Shown here piece after piece: positions 1 through 12,779 of a stretch of DNA of 64,000 nt. The position numbers were made by a program, and so were the translations under genes. The DNA is taken from assembly GCF_000143415.4 (NCBI RefSeq), contig NW_003314267.1, positions 62,001-126,000 of the forward strand, written 5' to 3'. The stretch comes from Selaginella moellendorffii (lineage: Eukaryota > Plantae > Lycopodiophyta). Below the pieces are notes generated by a model. It made no database searches. It saw only the letters and a list, made by a program, of their open reading frames with translations, and was not told where the DNA came from. The stretch's first letter is position 1; every line of letters begins with the position of its first letter.

Positions 1-395
1 GTACGGCAGCCGATTCATTGCCGCGGGGAGGAGGAAAAATCCTTTTTTTCTTTGCTGGGCATTACGGAGACATGGAAGCAACAGCTGGCGTGATTCTCTC
101 CAATGTTTAACGAGGAAAAGAAAAAAGAGTTCCAGAGATGGTCTTTTTTATTTACAAGAGGAAAATCTCTGCGTCGCAAAATCTTAGTTTGCGGCGGTGC
201 CATGATCAAAATGGTCCCTGTTTCCAATCAAAGAAAAGAAAAAAACGGAGAGAGAGAGAGAGAGATGGCCTTAGAGAGAAAGATGATCAAAATGGTCTTT
301 GTAGAAGAGAGATCAAGAGAGATTCAAAATGGAAGAGAGAGCCATCATCTTTGTAGAAAAAATGAGAGAGAGAGAGAGAGAGCAAAGAACTTTGT

Positions 396-3300
396 TTACC
401 CGCTCATAGAGTTCGCCGAGACAACGAGGGGAACGCGTACGGAATGACCCTTGTCGCCGTCCCAGATCATATACCCGAAGGTGAACTGCTGGTTGGTCTG
501 CGTCGCGGTGAGCGTCACGTTGATGACCACTGGCTTGCCGGTCCTGGCCTTGAAAACCCGTGGCTTCACCGACACGTCCACCCCCGCTGGATGCCTCACC
601 GTGACGTTGTAAGTTTCCTCGCCGCCCAAGTTTACCACGGTTCGCTGCACCACCCGGCTGCCTATCAAGTTCGCCACCGTGATGTACGGCATGTTGAGGT
701 CCGAGGGGTTCTTGTTTTCAGGCCCGCAATGAGCCCCCGTCGAGTACTCCACCGAGTTTTGGTCGGCCCCCGGGATCTCGCACAGGAAGTCCACGTAGTC
801 CTGGAATCCTGGAAACGAGGAAGACGAGCGTTACAAGTTTGTGAAAGCTCTGGATCGAGAAAACGAGAAAAACCAAGCTTACCAACGTCGAAGACAAGGC
901 CTGGATCGAGCGCTGCGGTGGCGTTGATAGCACCACTGCCAATGTCGAAGGGGCAGGCCCGGCCGATCGCCTGGGACGAGTTGGAGTACGGCTGCTCGGC
1001 TCGCGTCCAGCGGTCGCGGTTGTCGAAGTTGTCCGCGGTGGTCATGATCGCCGAGCGGATGGTTGAGGCGCGCCACCTCGGGTACTTTTGGATCAAGAGC
1101 GCGGCGATTCCAGCGACGTGTGGAGTGGCCATGCTCGTCCCGGAAAGCATGGCAAAGTTGCGACCTGGTATATAGAGTTCGTAAGAAAAAGAACGAGAAG
1201 CTAAAGTTACAGGCTTGCCTGTGAAAGAGTTTGCGTCGGTTCCTTTGGGTGTCCATGCACCCCATATCTGGTTTCCAGGTGCGAGGACGTCTGGTTTCAT
1301 CACGTCTGCTACCAGGGACGTAACCGTGTCAGCGTAGACCGGGCCTCTGGAAGAATACGAGGCCACTCTCGGTGCTTCCAATGGATATAAGGGGTGTCTC
1401 GAGTCCTCGATCCTGGCTTGTGCATCGAACCTCAACACTTGGCCCTTGCTGTCTTTCACAGTCTTCTCGTTGTAGTGTTGTAGTATGAGCTGCCAGAGCG
1501 AAAAAGGAACAAGTTAAGAAGCTTAGAAACAAAACAGCTTACGGCTGACGCGTTTGGATCCACCACAAAGCTCGCGGGTATCGTGAAAGGAATTGGATCA
1601 AAGACCGTGTCTTTGGTTGGCGTTTTCTCGGCAGATGTTGGGAAGACAATGAGGAGGCCAGCAGCTCCCGTGGCAATGGCAGTTGCGAGAGCGCCTTCGA
1701 TTTGTGTGACTGCACCACCAGAAAAGTAGTCGACAAAGTTGCAAATGAGAATCTTCCCGCTGACGAGAGTCTTGTTGAAAGGCGAGGGGTCGGAGCAGTA
1801 AGAGTAAAACTCCTGGTCGAAGGAAGTCACGCCGGCGATGTACGCATCCTGGGAATAAATCAAAGGATACAACTTGCGAGCGCTGGTTCCAGCTACAGAG
1901 CAAATGGTTCCCAAGGTTAGCGATGGCCTTCTACGAGAGTATTTCACACGCTTACCTGTTAGACCAGTTCCATACACCCATTGCCCGTTGCCGAGAATTA
2001 TCGGAGTCGAGTACGTTCGATCTGTCATACCAGCTGCGACCGACAACACCCACGGCCCGAAAGAGTTCATGCTGAAGGCGGCAGGACCGTTGTTCCCAGC
2101 AGCATGAACGATGAAAACGTTCGCCTTGAACGCGAGGAGCATCATAATGTCGAAGGAGTTGAGGAACGGAACACCGTAGGCTCCACTAGTGGCACCGAGA
2201 GAGATACTCAGCACATGAACCCCATCTTGAACGGCCTGTGTTCCAACTCACGGAATGAATCAAAGAAGAAAATAGCGCAAGGCAAACCTGATCAATCCCC
2301 GCAAGAACATCAGACAAGTAGCCACCATCTCTGTAAATGACTTTGTACACCGCAATCCTGAGAGAGCTAAGTTAATGGACGGTTTACTACAAGAACATGA
2401 GCTCACCGTGCGCGAGGAGCCATTCCGCTTGCTCTCCCATAGATATACTTGTCCACACTCACGTAAACACCATTGTTGCCGGCACAAACAGAGCTGGTAT
2501 GGCTGTAGATACAAAGCATCTGCTTTACCACTAAAGAGAAGAAGAGAAAACGCTAAGCTTACCTCCCGTGACCATCACCATCGAGCGGGGAATCGTAGTC
2601 ATTGCTCGCATTGAACGCGTTCGCAGCTACAATGCCTTTGGAGAAGTGACGAGCGCCAATGATCTTCCCGTTGCAGGAACCTTTGGGAAATGTCGGGGAC
2701 GCAGCGCACACCTTCTCCCAGTGTCGATTGAACGAGTAAGGCCTTGAGGTGGTGTTTGCAAAGCTGGGATGGCGTGGATCGATCCCAGTATCCAGAACTC
2801 CAATGACGATATCTTCCCCGGCCTTTGCAAATGTCCCGACGTTCTTCCAAGCTCTTGGATCCAGGCCCAAGAAAAACGGTGTGTAAGTCGTTGTCTTTCG
2901 GAAATGCACCTCGTGTTCCAGCGATAGAACATCCGGATGCGCTCTGATAGAATCAACCTGACCGTAGCACGGTTAAGTACCGAAACAAGTAGAACTTTAT
3001 AAGGAAACGACTTACATGAACTTCATCCCTGAGCTTCACAGCGAAACCATTCATAAGGTACGTATAGCTGTACAGCTTCTCGTAGCTCCCTTCTTCGAGC
3101 AAGCTTTCCAGAAACGCATCGTGGTTCCGTCTCAAGCTTGCCGTATGCATCTCCACGAAATCTCTGGAAAAACAAAAAGAAAACGAAAAAAACAAGACGA
3201 AATTACGAGTTGAAACAATGAAGACAATATGCTACCTCGTTTCATGATCATCTTCCTCATTAATAGCATAAACAGGCTTGTCGATCATAGCGGCAATCGG

Positions 3301-3414
3301 ATGTCCTTTCATCCTGACGATGTATACCGGTCCAGCATCAACATCATCATCGGCAGAGACAAGCACGGCCACCATCGCCAGCGCTAACACCAGTCTCCCG
3401 ATGAGAAAGTCCAT
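396..3414 (-). CDS. Subtilisin-like serine protease (plant SBT, S8A; SBT2/ALE1-like), multi-exon
   Basis: Signal peptide MDFLIGRLVLALAMVAVLVSA; I9 prodomain KLYSYTYLMNGFAV; catalytic motifs GVLDTGIDP, DGDGHG, AAGNNGP and LSGTSMATPHVAG; C-terminal SDLNMPYITV..RTVVN..VRVPLVV; pieces separated by GT-AG introns. Confidence 0.95.
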
Positions 3415-3913
3415 TGTTGCACTTCACCACCGGAGAACTTTAGCACTGTTTAAGTAGCGAGGACGAGCAGCAGCAGTCCCATGAAAGGATCCGATTGAAG
3501 TAAAATAGCTGCTGTGGATCCTCTAGGCACAGTGGTACCTCCAAAAAAAAACACAAAAAATTAAAAAAACGGAAGCTAGCCAAGAAAAACTTCCCGGAGA
3601 TGATATGTTCTTGCTAAGTGAAAAAACCGGCCCACTTTGGGATACGATTTTCCCCACTTGAAGCACCGGCAGTTACGCAGTAGCTGTTACGTACAGTCTC
3701 GAGAATATACCAGAAGGAAAAAAAACGAGATCCATTGCACCGCTAGTGAAAAAGGAAATGTTTCTTACAGGGAATGGTTCTTACATATGAACACTGTGAA
3801 CACTGTGCTCAGATCATCCAACCTGGTGAAATTGCAGAGCTCTAAATATCGAAACCAACGAGAGAATGGGAGGAGGAGGAAAGGCTGAACCCGTGATGAC
3901 GGTGACGGTGGTA

Positions 3914-4834
3914 CTACTCGGACTTCTTCTCTTTCGCCGCTCTCGGGATCTTCTTCACCACCATTTCGTCTACTTTGCTGTACTGCTTCTTTCCCTCGCT
4001 CACGGCCACCTTCATGTAGTGCTCGATCTTGTCCTCGTACTTGTCATACACGAACGGAACAATATGCGCAACGATCACACCTGAGAAACCGAGAGGCATT
4101 TAAGGCGGCTGCTCAAACAGAAGTTCCTCGTGACACGTACCGATATAAAGAAGCGTCAGGAGACTAGTCCACGAGCCAACGGTGGAAAGTAGCCAAAGAC
4201 CGGCAGCAGCCTAAACAAAAGGACTGATGCTAAGAAGTCGCAAAGAAAAGAGAGAAAAAAAAAAAAAAACTCCACCTTGAGAAAGAGCACGTAATTTCTC
4301 TCGAGGACGATTGAACGAAAAGCTCCCACAGCGTTATTGAACTGTAATTGCACCGTGTGTGCAACATCCTGGACAGTTTTCTCCGAGAGCTGTAACTCAG
4401 GAATACGAGGGGGAGGTCTGCAAAATAGAAAAGAAAACATGAAACCATTGAAGAAAGGAACTACGCTGCGAGTTACCTGTTCGTGAAGCTGGCCCCAAGG
4501 GACCAAACAAAAAGGACGATGGTAATCAGCAGAAAGCTGTTGCAAAACACCGAGAGCACAGTGTAGCCACACCACTCAAACAGGACGTAGATGAGCGTGG
4601 CAATCCCCAAAACCGACGCGGAGAGGTGCTTCTTCCTCCATAGCAAAACATCGCCCACTGCAAAGGAAAAGGAGAATTTTTTAAGGGAAGGAGCCCCAAA
4701 CATGCACAGAACTCACATAATCCGCCGCCAAGAAGCTCGTGAACGCTCTTTTCCCTGGCAAAGAGCCGACGCGACGACGAATCCGCCGATGTCGATGCCG
4801 GCAGCTGGATAGTATCGTCCGACGCTGGCGCCAT
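3914..4834 (-). CDS. RTNLB: Reticulon-like protein B (5 exons)
   Basis: RLFAREKSVHELLGGG, DVLLWRKKHLSASVLG, PPPRIPELQLSE, HIVPFVYDKYEDKIE are reticulon-domain motifs split by short introns. Confidence 0.93.
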
Positions 4835-5299
4835 ACCTCCAAAACCCTACACCGAGCAAAGATCGCGCGTCACGGCAAGATCGAGAGATCGGGGAAGCAA
4901 GAAAAGGAGCGGCGCTACATTCGCAGCGCGGAGGCCTAGGACTCACCAGACGAAGATTTCCTCGCGCGCGGCGCCTCCGATCTTCGGGCAAAAACCCTTG
5001 CGCCAAAGACTCGCCTCTCGCAACGCAGGGGTTCTGGGACGTTCACACCTACACACCAAAGATCCCGGCCGTCCGTTTTGATCTAGAGGGCATGGCAGCC
5101 ATCGCATCTGTCCACGTAGGCTTCACACCGTCGCCACCGTCGGATTCCCCCCACCGGAATATCCCAGAATCTTTTTTAAAATAAGCCGCTAGATTCAATC
5201 GCGCGCCTAGCTGTCGGTGGCACCTGAGATGCTTCCACGCTGCGGGCCTCGCGATCCAAAACATCGTCTACAAACCAAGGGAGGAATATTCATCGCTTG

Positions 5300-5372
5300 T
5301 GCATGTGGGGGAGGGAATCGAACCCGCGTGTTGAATCTCTTCGTTGGCACGTCCCATTGACTCCTAAGGCAA
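5300..5372 (-). other. tRNA-like / Pol III A-box + B-box relic (possible tRNA-derived SINE head)
   Basis: Minus strand: TAGGAGTCAATGG (A-box-like) ... GCGGGTTCGATTCCCTC (T-arm/B-box); no acceptor stem found. Confidence 0.35.
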
Positions 5373-5511
5373 ACAAAGACAAAGCTTGTGAAAAGATTTA
5401 CACATGGCGCACATACACAAAGAATAGTATTTTAACAGAATCAAATCCTTTTAGTTGCCCCAAAGGATGTAATATATCAATCACATGATCATTGATTTTT
5501 GTTTCCAAATG

Positions 5512-7791
5512 CTAACAATCTTTGCCTGACAATACGATTGGATTGTTTGTATTTATAACATTCTGTTGATACATGTTTGCCAAGAGCATATACCCTGCCG
5601 TGTCTTTGGGATCTAGATCGAACACGAAGCTTGCGGCTCGAGCGCCATCTCTGACCCGGTTGTGGCTTCGAGAAGCTCCGAGCAAGCATCTCCACTCGAG
5701 GGCATCCGGCACAAACGGCATGTTTAGAAGGAGTTCCTCGGCTTTCAGCAGATGCCCCGACCGGGCAAATACGTCAACCATGCAGCAAAAGTGTTGCTTT
5801 GAGGGTTTGATTCCAAAGTCGGTCGCCATGGACACAAACAGTTCCCTGCCCTTGGAAACATTGCCAATGTAGCTACAAGAAATGAGAGCTAAGGCAAATG
5901 AAGCTCCGTCGCAAGAATCAAGAAGCTTCATCCTAGTGAAGAGATCAAAGGCCTCTACATGCTGTGTTCCACTCTGAGCATAAACTGAAAGGATGGTGTT
6001 CCAAGTGATGGTATCTCTCTCCCCTATCTGATCAAACGTCTTCCTTGCTGCCAGGATATGACCTGATAGGGTATATGTCAATAGCATTGTGTTCCAAGAC
6101 ACAATGCTCCTCTGTGGCAGGACGTCAAAGAAATGCTTAACCTCTTCCAGATACCCGTTTTGCGCATAAGCCACCAACATTGCATTCCAAGATATCAAAT
6201 TTTGGCAAGGCATGTCATCAAAAATTCCTTTGGCAAGCTCAAGCTTACCGTTCTGGCCATAGGCATCCAGCATCGCGGTCCACAACACCACATCCTTCTC
6301 AGGCATTTGATCAAACAAAGCTTTAGCATCTTCTAGATGCCCAGTTTGGGCATAAGCAGGGAGAATAGATGTGAGCGATACCAAGTCTTTCTGTGGCATA
6401 ATTTGAAAAATATGTTTGGCCTCTTCAACATGCCCGTTCTGTGCGTAGACCGAAAGAAGTGCATTCCAGGATACAAGGTTTCTTTTTGGCATTGTATTAA
6501 ACAGGTGTTTGGATTCCTCAATATGACCCGCTTGGGCATAAGACACCAGCAGTATATTCCAGGACACCACGTCCCTCTTTGGCATCTCTCTAAAGAGCGC
6601 CTGCGCATCTTCCAGATGCCCGTTTTGAGAATATGCCGAGAGCATTACGTTCCAGGACACCAGATCCTTGTGTACCATTTCCCCAAAAATTTGCTTGGCA
6701 AACCCAAGATGCCCATTTTGGGCATATCCTGATAACACAGAGTTGCAAGTCACTAGATTCCTTTCAGGCATGGCATCGAAGACTCCTATCGCTTCCTCAA
6801 GGCGAGCATTTTCAAAATACAAAGCAAGTATCACGTTGAAGGACACCACATCTCTTTGCGGCATTTGATCAAACAGTCTCTTTGCCTGATCTGCATGAGT
6901 ATAGGAAGAAATCATAATATTCCAGGAGATTATATTCCACTGGGGCATGCGATCAAAGCAATCCTTTGCTTTCCTGGTACTCCCGCTATAGGCATACCCT
7001 GTAAGCATTGCGTTCCAAGAGCCCAGGTCCTGGCGTGGCATCTCCTCGAACATAGTCTCTGCAGTCTCCATTTGCCCTGCTTGGGCATACGCAGTTAGCA
7101 TGACATTCCACGTCGCAAGATCCCTCTCGGGCATGCAATCAAACACCAATTTACCCTCTTCAAAACTCCCACACTGCGTAAATGCGGCCACCATGGCGTT
7201 CCACGACACAATATCTCTCTGGGGCATGTCATTGAACATTCTTCTTGATTCTTTCAGGTGCCCGCATTGGGCATTTGCTGTGACCATGGAAGTCCATGAA
7301 ATCAGGTTTGGCTCTGGAATACTTTCAAAGAGTTTTACCGTTTGATCCAGATCTCTGATAGTGACAAACGCGTTTAACATTGTGTTCCATGATACCAAAT
7401 CCCTCCCGGGCATTTGATCGAAGAGATTCTCTGCGTCCTCGAAGTGCCCGGTTTGGGCATATGCCGCGAGTAGTGCGTTCCAGCACACTAGGTTTCGATC
7501 TCTCTCAGGCATCTCATCAAAAACACGCCTAGCCTCGCGCAGCAAGGAATTCCTGGCGTAGGCATTCATCATCAGCGACCACGAGAAGGAATTCCTGCTC
7601 GATCCCATCGCATCGAAGATGTCGCGCGCGCTTTCGGAGCTGCCCAATCTCCCATACATCTCGATGAGATTGTTGCAGAGAAAGGCGTCGCTGGTGGGCA
7701 GAGGGAGGATGCGATGGTGGATTTCTAGCGCTGCGGACAGAGACCGGCAAGATTGGATGGATTTAAGCAAATCGGTTCTATTGTGTCGCAT
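5512..7791 (-). CDS. PLS-class PPR protein, long run of 31-aa S-type motifs, E domain, no DYW
   Basis: Intronless 759-aa ORF; about 18-20 repeats like DLVSWNVMLSAYSQNGHLEDAQALFREMPKR; C-terminal HFCCMVDVFARSGHL..MPFVPDALEWRCLLGASRSH..YMLLANMY. Confidence 0.95.
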   Translation of the reverse strand: MRHNRTDLLKSIQSCRSLSAALEIHHRILPLPTSDAFLCNNLIEMYGRLGSSESARDIFDAMGSSRNSFSWSLMMNAYARNSLLREARRVFDEMPERDRNLVCWNALLAAYAQTGHFEDAENLFDQMPGRDLVSWNTMLNAFVTIRDLDQTVKLFESIPEPNLISWTSMVTANAQCGHLKESRRMFNDMPQRDIVSWNAMVAAFTQCGSFEEGKLVFDCMPERDLATWNVMLTAYAQAGQMETAETMFEEMPRQDLGSWNAMLTGYAYSGSTRKAKDCFDRMPQWNIISWNIMISSYTHADQAKRLFDQMPQRDVVSFNVILALYFENARLEEAIGVFDAMPERNLVTCNSVLSGYAQNGHLGFAKQIFGEMVHKDLVSWNVMLSAYSQNGHLEDAQALFREMPKRDVVSWNILLVSYAQAGHIEESKHLFNTMPKRNLVSWNALLSVYAQNGHVEEAKHIFQIMPQKDLVSLTSILPAYAQTGHLEDAKALFDQMPEKDVVLWTAMLDAYGQNGKLELAKGIFDDMPCQNLISWNAMLVAYAQNGYLEEVKHFFDVLPQRSIVSWNTMLLTYTLSGHILAARKTFDQIGERDTITWNTILSVYAQSGTQHVEAFDLFTRMKLLDSCDGASFALALISCSYIGNVSKGRELFVSMATDFGIKPSKQHFCCMVDVFARSGHLLKAEELLLNMPFVPDALEWRCLLGASRSHNRVRDGARAASFVFDLDPKDTAGYMLLANMYQQNVINTNNPIVLSGKDC

Positions 7792-7831
7792 TTAGGGTCC
7801 TTCCAAGAACCCTAAATCTTCGAGGGGGAAA

Positions 7832-8807
7832 ATGGCGGAAGGCGAGGATGACAGCGCGAGCTCCAGCAGCGGTCTCGGCCTCTCCTCGTCCGATTCAGAG
7901 AAGGAATCGAAGGCGCCGGTAGAGTCTCCAGCTCCAGCGGCGATTCCAAGTTAGTCGACATTTTGCTATTCTTTGCCTTGTTTGGTAGTCGCGATGAACT
8001 TCGCGAAATGCACGAAAGCAGCTAGATAGTTCTGCATTCATTCCCTCTTCTTTCTTTTTTCTTGGAAACATAAGCTCCAGCGGCGATTCCACGTAAGTGT
8101 CATGGGTTTAGACATTGTCGACAATTCTTGGTTGCCAGGGCAGCTAGATAGTTCCTCATTCCCGATTCGAAGTGTCATGAGTTTAGACTTAGCCTAATTC
8201 TTTGCCTGTTTGCTAGTCGCGATGAACTGTCTCACGACGCTAAATTTTTCATGTTCCAGAGAGAAAAAAGGCTTCAAAGAAAGGAGACTTGAGCTTCGCG
8301 GACTTGGCAAAACACGGGTACTCCAGTGGGCCATCAGTTTTAAATGTTCCAGCTCCGAATCGCAATGCCAACTTTGAGAGCAATTGGTCGTGGTCTGGTG
8401 GGATGCGAAAGACCGACGAAGAGAGGCAAGCCGAAGAGGCCGAAAATATTGATGAGCGGGAGCGAACTCGAGAGATTGTCAACACTGGCGCCGAAAAGGT
8501 TCGTTTCTCTTTCCATTGTCTCTTTGAAGTGAAGTTTTCTTTCTTTTTCTTGGTCAACTTTTTTCCATTTTCTCACGCTTGATACGATACCTTCGTTTTG
8601 TTTGCGCAGTTCGCTGAAAATACTTTCAACGAGTACCAATTCGCAAAGAAGCAACGCCGGGACGCTGCAGCGGAGCAACGGGCTCAAACTTTCTCCAAGA
8701 AAGAAAAACGAAAGAGAGACCTCGGTCAGGCGAGCAGGGGGAAGAGCTACGTTGAGGAAGAGAAACGCTTGCTGCGGGACCGTGGCGTTTACTCTGGATT
8801 CGACTAA
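7832..8807 (+). CDS. Small conserved plant protein of unknown function; exons 7832-7949, 8260-8498, 8610-8807
   Basis: GT-AG splicing joins frames: MAEGEDDS.., KKGDLSFADLAKHGYSSGPSVL..NWSWS, FSKKEKRKRDLGQASRGKSYVEEEKRLLRDRGVYSGFD*. Confidence 0.8.
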
Positions 8808-10131
8808 AGGCCGTTTGGAAAGAGATCATCCTCACCATCAGAAAAAACCAATCGGCAAGAGAGTCAACCACAGGTGGGTGTCACGCATTTAAACTCTTTC
8901 GTCTGTTTGCTTCGAGATAGAAATATCTCATTGCGATTTGGCATTTGTTTACTAAGAGGATGACTGTTTTGTGTGAGTTCAGGCTCTCCGATGATTGGTT
9001 TGACATACCTTTAGTCGCAAAACTGTAATGTTAATCTCTAAACACGAAGGATTCGTGCATGTAAGTGTCTAGATCTTAAACTAATCAAGTTTGTTTTTGT
9101 TTCTTTCCTCGTCTCTCTCTCTCGCTTTCTGCGATCCAGGTAATCCACTCGTCTTGTCGCTCTGGTTCTAGCTCAAATCTATCTTTTTTCGAACGTGACT
9201 TTGGGAAACATCGAAGAGTCGACCTTTGCAAGTTGCTGGCAAGTAGATTTGATCTGATCCCGAGTTTCTTTTGTTGGTTTTTTATTTTCAGGTAAGCTCG
9301 GCTCCTCCTCTTTTTGTCAACGTCCTGCCTTTCAAACCAGGTGGGCCATTTGGATGTTTCGGTGCTGTTAAGTTGTAACTTGGACTTGCAGCAAAACCAA
9401 AGAAGCAAAGGATAAAATTATTGTGGCAGGAACACAGGCACGCTCGCGTTGACAAGCAACCGATTGGAGAGCGAGAGTGAGGTACAATCAAAAACTGTGG
9501 GTTTTCTTCTTTGAGTGTAGCTCACTTCACGTCTACAGTACGCGATATCAAACAGTGGAGCTCCACAAATGAGAACTCGCGCGAGCTTAAAAAACCCGGC
9601 TGCCAACCGAGATCTAGTCCTTAGTCTCTCGCTTCCTTGCGCGTCGCTCCACTGTTTCCAGCATTGGATCAAACAGTGGGATCGGAACAAAAGAGAGACG
9701 AAAAGAGGCAAAAGTTTGCGCGAAAGCATCCAGGCAGCACTTCTATTTTGACGATCTCCATCGCCGCGCCAAGGGGAAAACACCGAGTTTCTTCGTTTCC
9801 CATAGTTTGGACACGATGTTTGTGTGTGTTGGCGATCACCGTCCATCCGACGGGCAGGGGTCCTGCTGACGGGGATCGCGGGGGCCACGTGTCTGTCCAG
9901 CCGATAAGCGAGGGAGTGCTGACGTGTGTCTCCTTGTTTGACTGGCTCACAAAAGAAATTTATGCGTGTCGGTTTGTTTGAATTTCAAGATTGTAGGCTG
10001 CTGAGCGAGAGCCATCCACGCAGCGCGTAGATAGAGATCCATTCTAGCGCTAGGTATAAAGTCGCGAACAAGCGGTGCCCCAGGAGCTGGAGATCTAGCT
10101 AGCGGCGCAATTCTTTCTAGCGATTCTTTAG

Positions 10132-12346
10132 ATGGGAAAGGGATGGAAGTCGGCCAGGGCGATGCTGTGCATCACGTCGGGCGGCGATCGCGGCGGCGAT
10201 GAGATTGCGGCGGCGGCGCTTCCCAGCCTCCAGGATTTGATGACGCTGGATCGGCCGCTCCAAGAATCCGGGCCTAGGTCAGCGAGCGGGAGGAGGAGCA
10301 AGAGCACCGGGAGGAGGAACATGCGCGAGGTATGATCGCGCGTCGATCGATATCGATGCGATCGAAATTTTGATCTGATCGAAAGTTTGTTGATGTTCCT
10401 GGTGATATTTCCAGGGTATGTGCTCCATCTGCCTCGATCCAATGGCGCCCGGGGCCGGCCACGCCTTGTTCACAGCCGAGTGCTCTCACATGTTCCACTT
10501 CTCGTGCATCGCATCGAATGTCCGGCATGGCAATCGCGTCTGCCCCGTGTGCCGGGCCAAATGGATCGATCTTCCCTGGCAGCAGGTCAAAGAAACCCCG
10601 CCAGAGCTGCGATCTCATCACTCCCAGCCATTCGTCTCCCACGGGAATTACCACGTCGATCCAGTGCTGCGAATCCTCAACGAGTCCATCCAGCGCGAGC
10701 GTGCGCGCTACAGCCGGATGATCAGCGCCAGCCGCGCGGACAATCGATCGGATCCCGCGGTCTATGACGACGATGAGGAATGTGGCAGCATCCACAACGT
10801 CTCCGTGGATCCAAGGGAGATATTGTCCCAGGATTTCCAGCACCAAGCACCTCCATCGCGAGTGCCCAAGATCGCGGCATTCACCGAGTGTGGCTCCGTC
10901 CAGGCGGATCAATCCAGGAATCCCTTCACGGTGCTCGTCAATCTCAAGGCATCGAGCAGCAGCAGCGGCGGCAGCGCTACCGGGAGCGCTCGAGCTCCCA
11001 TCGATCTCGTCACGGTGCTCGATGTGAGTGGCTCCATGGCGGGATCCAAGCTCGCGCTGGTGAAATCGGCCATGGAATTCGTCATCGGGCAGCTGGGGCC
11101 GCGTGATCGGCTGAGCGTGATCTCCTTCGCCACCAACGCCGCTCGGCTCTTCCCTCTCAAGCGGATGGACGACACCAACAAGCGCCGCGCGGTACGCGCC
11201 GTTCATGCGCTGGTGGCATCCGGCGGCACCAACATCGGCGACGCGCTCAAGAAGGCGGGCAAGGTGCTGGGCGACCGGCGGCACCGCAACGCGGTATCCA
11301 GCGTCATCCTCCTCTCGGACGGGCAGGACACGTCAGCATTTTTCTCCTCTAACCTCTTGCGGCAGTCGCTCTCGGCGGTATACCGCCACATGCCGCCCGT
11401 CCACGCATTCGGGGTGGGCTCCGACCACGACGCCCCGACGCTCCACGCCATCGCCGAGGCAACAAGTGGCACCTTCTCGTTCGTCCACGCGGCCGCGGCG
11501 GTACGCGACGCCTTCGCGCAGTGCATCGGCGGGCTTCTCAGCGTCGTGTCGCAGGGCGTGGAGGTCTGGCTGCATGCCGCGGCGGCATGGGTGAAGATCT
11601 TAAGGGTGGAGAACGGGGGATTTGAGAGCTGGGTGTCGGGCGATGGCTCCAGCGCGCTGGTGACGCTGGGCGATCTCTACGCCGAGGAGGAGCGCGACGT
11701 CTTGGTCCAGATCGAGCTGGGCGCCTGCGCCGAGGCGGAGTCGATCGAGATCTTCCGGATTGGGTGCCGCTACAGGGATGCATTGGAGCCGGGCGAGGTC
11801 GCGGAGGCCGGATCAACGTCCATATCTGTCCGGAGGCCTGCGATCGTGCAGAGCTCGTCTCAAACCGCGAGCCTGGAGGTGGATCGCCAGAGAAACCGTC
11901 TGCTCGTCTCGGAAACGATGGCCAGCGCTGGGAATCTCGCGGACGCGGGCAATCTGGAGGCCGCCCAGGACGCGATCTCGGCGTCGCGAAGCCGCATTGA
12001 GCGATCGTTTGCGTTTGCGAGCGGCGACGCGCTGTCAAAGTCCCTCCACTCGGAGCTGGGAGAAGTGCTCCACAGGATGGAGAATCGGAGGATCTACGAG
12101 GAGTCGGGGAGGGCATATACGCTGTCCGTACACAGCTCTCACTTGCACCAGCGGGCCACGATGCGCCAGGGCCCAAACGACGACGACCTGTACGGCCAGA
12201 GCTACGTGACGTCGTCCATGGCCGAGATGGTACACCTTTCGCAGACTTTTGGGGCCAGTACGGCGGCGGCGGCGGCCAAGACGCCGCCGGTGACGCGGAT
12301 TGGACGGTCTAGATCGTCGAGAAAGGTGAATCCGGCGGCGTCCTGA
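10132..12346 (+). CDS. RING finger + von Willebrand factor A E3 ligase (WAV3/WAVH-like); exons 10132-10329, 10415-12346
   Basis: CSICLDPM..FTAECSHMFHFSCIASNVRHGNRVCPVCRAKW (RING-H2); vWA IDLVTVLDVSGSM, GGTNI, ILLSDGQD; C-terminal SSHLHQRAT; intron gtatga..ttccag keeps frame. Confidence 0.93.
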
Positions 12347-12779
12347 TGCCTGGTTTTTATTTTTTGTCATACCAAAGTTTTGACTCTTTTCCATCCCATT
12401 GTTTATAAGAAAAAGACCCCAAATTTTTTTCCGCTCACACCAAATGTGAATGAAGAAACGTTGTTGTGGAGTCAAAAATTTCGAGCTCGATTTGTTTTTG
12501 GAACCATGCAAGGAAAGAACTCGAACACGCCGAATCATAGGACACAACGAACTTTCATACTTGTTATTAAACTCGAGCTTGGAACTCGAAAGTTAACCTC
12601 TTTTCTTCCGAAGGAGCTTTCACTCAATCCAAGAGAATTCTTTTTTTTTTCTTCTTCTTTTTTGCCGTGCATCTCTGGTTTTCGGCAAGTTTTGGCACCA
12701 TCTTCCTGACACAAACAAAACAAGAGCAAAGTGACGCGTAAAGGATAGAGCTTGATCAATTCTCGTACGTACCAGCCGC

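Noticed and set aside
10274-12547. Long antisense and alternative-frame ORFs over the RING-vWA gene (also over PPRs at 34.3-36.8 and 57.6-59.6 kb)
   Set aside because: Expected shadow ORFs of GC-rich coding DNA; no recognisable domains
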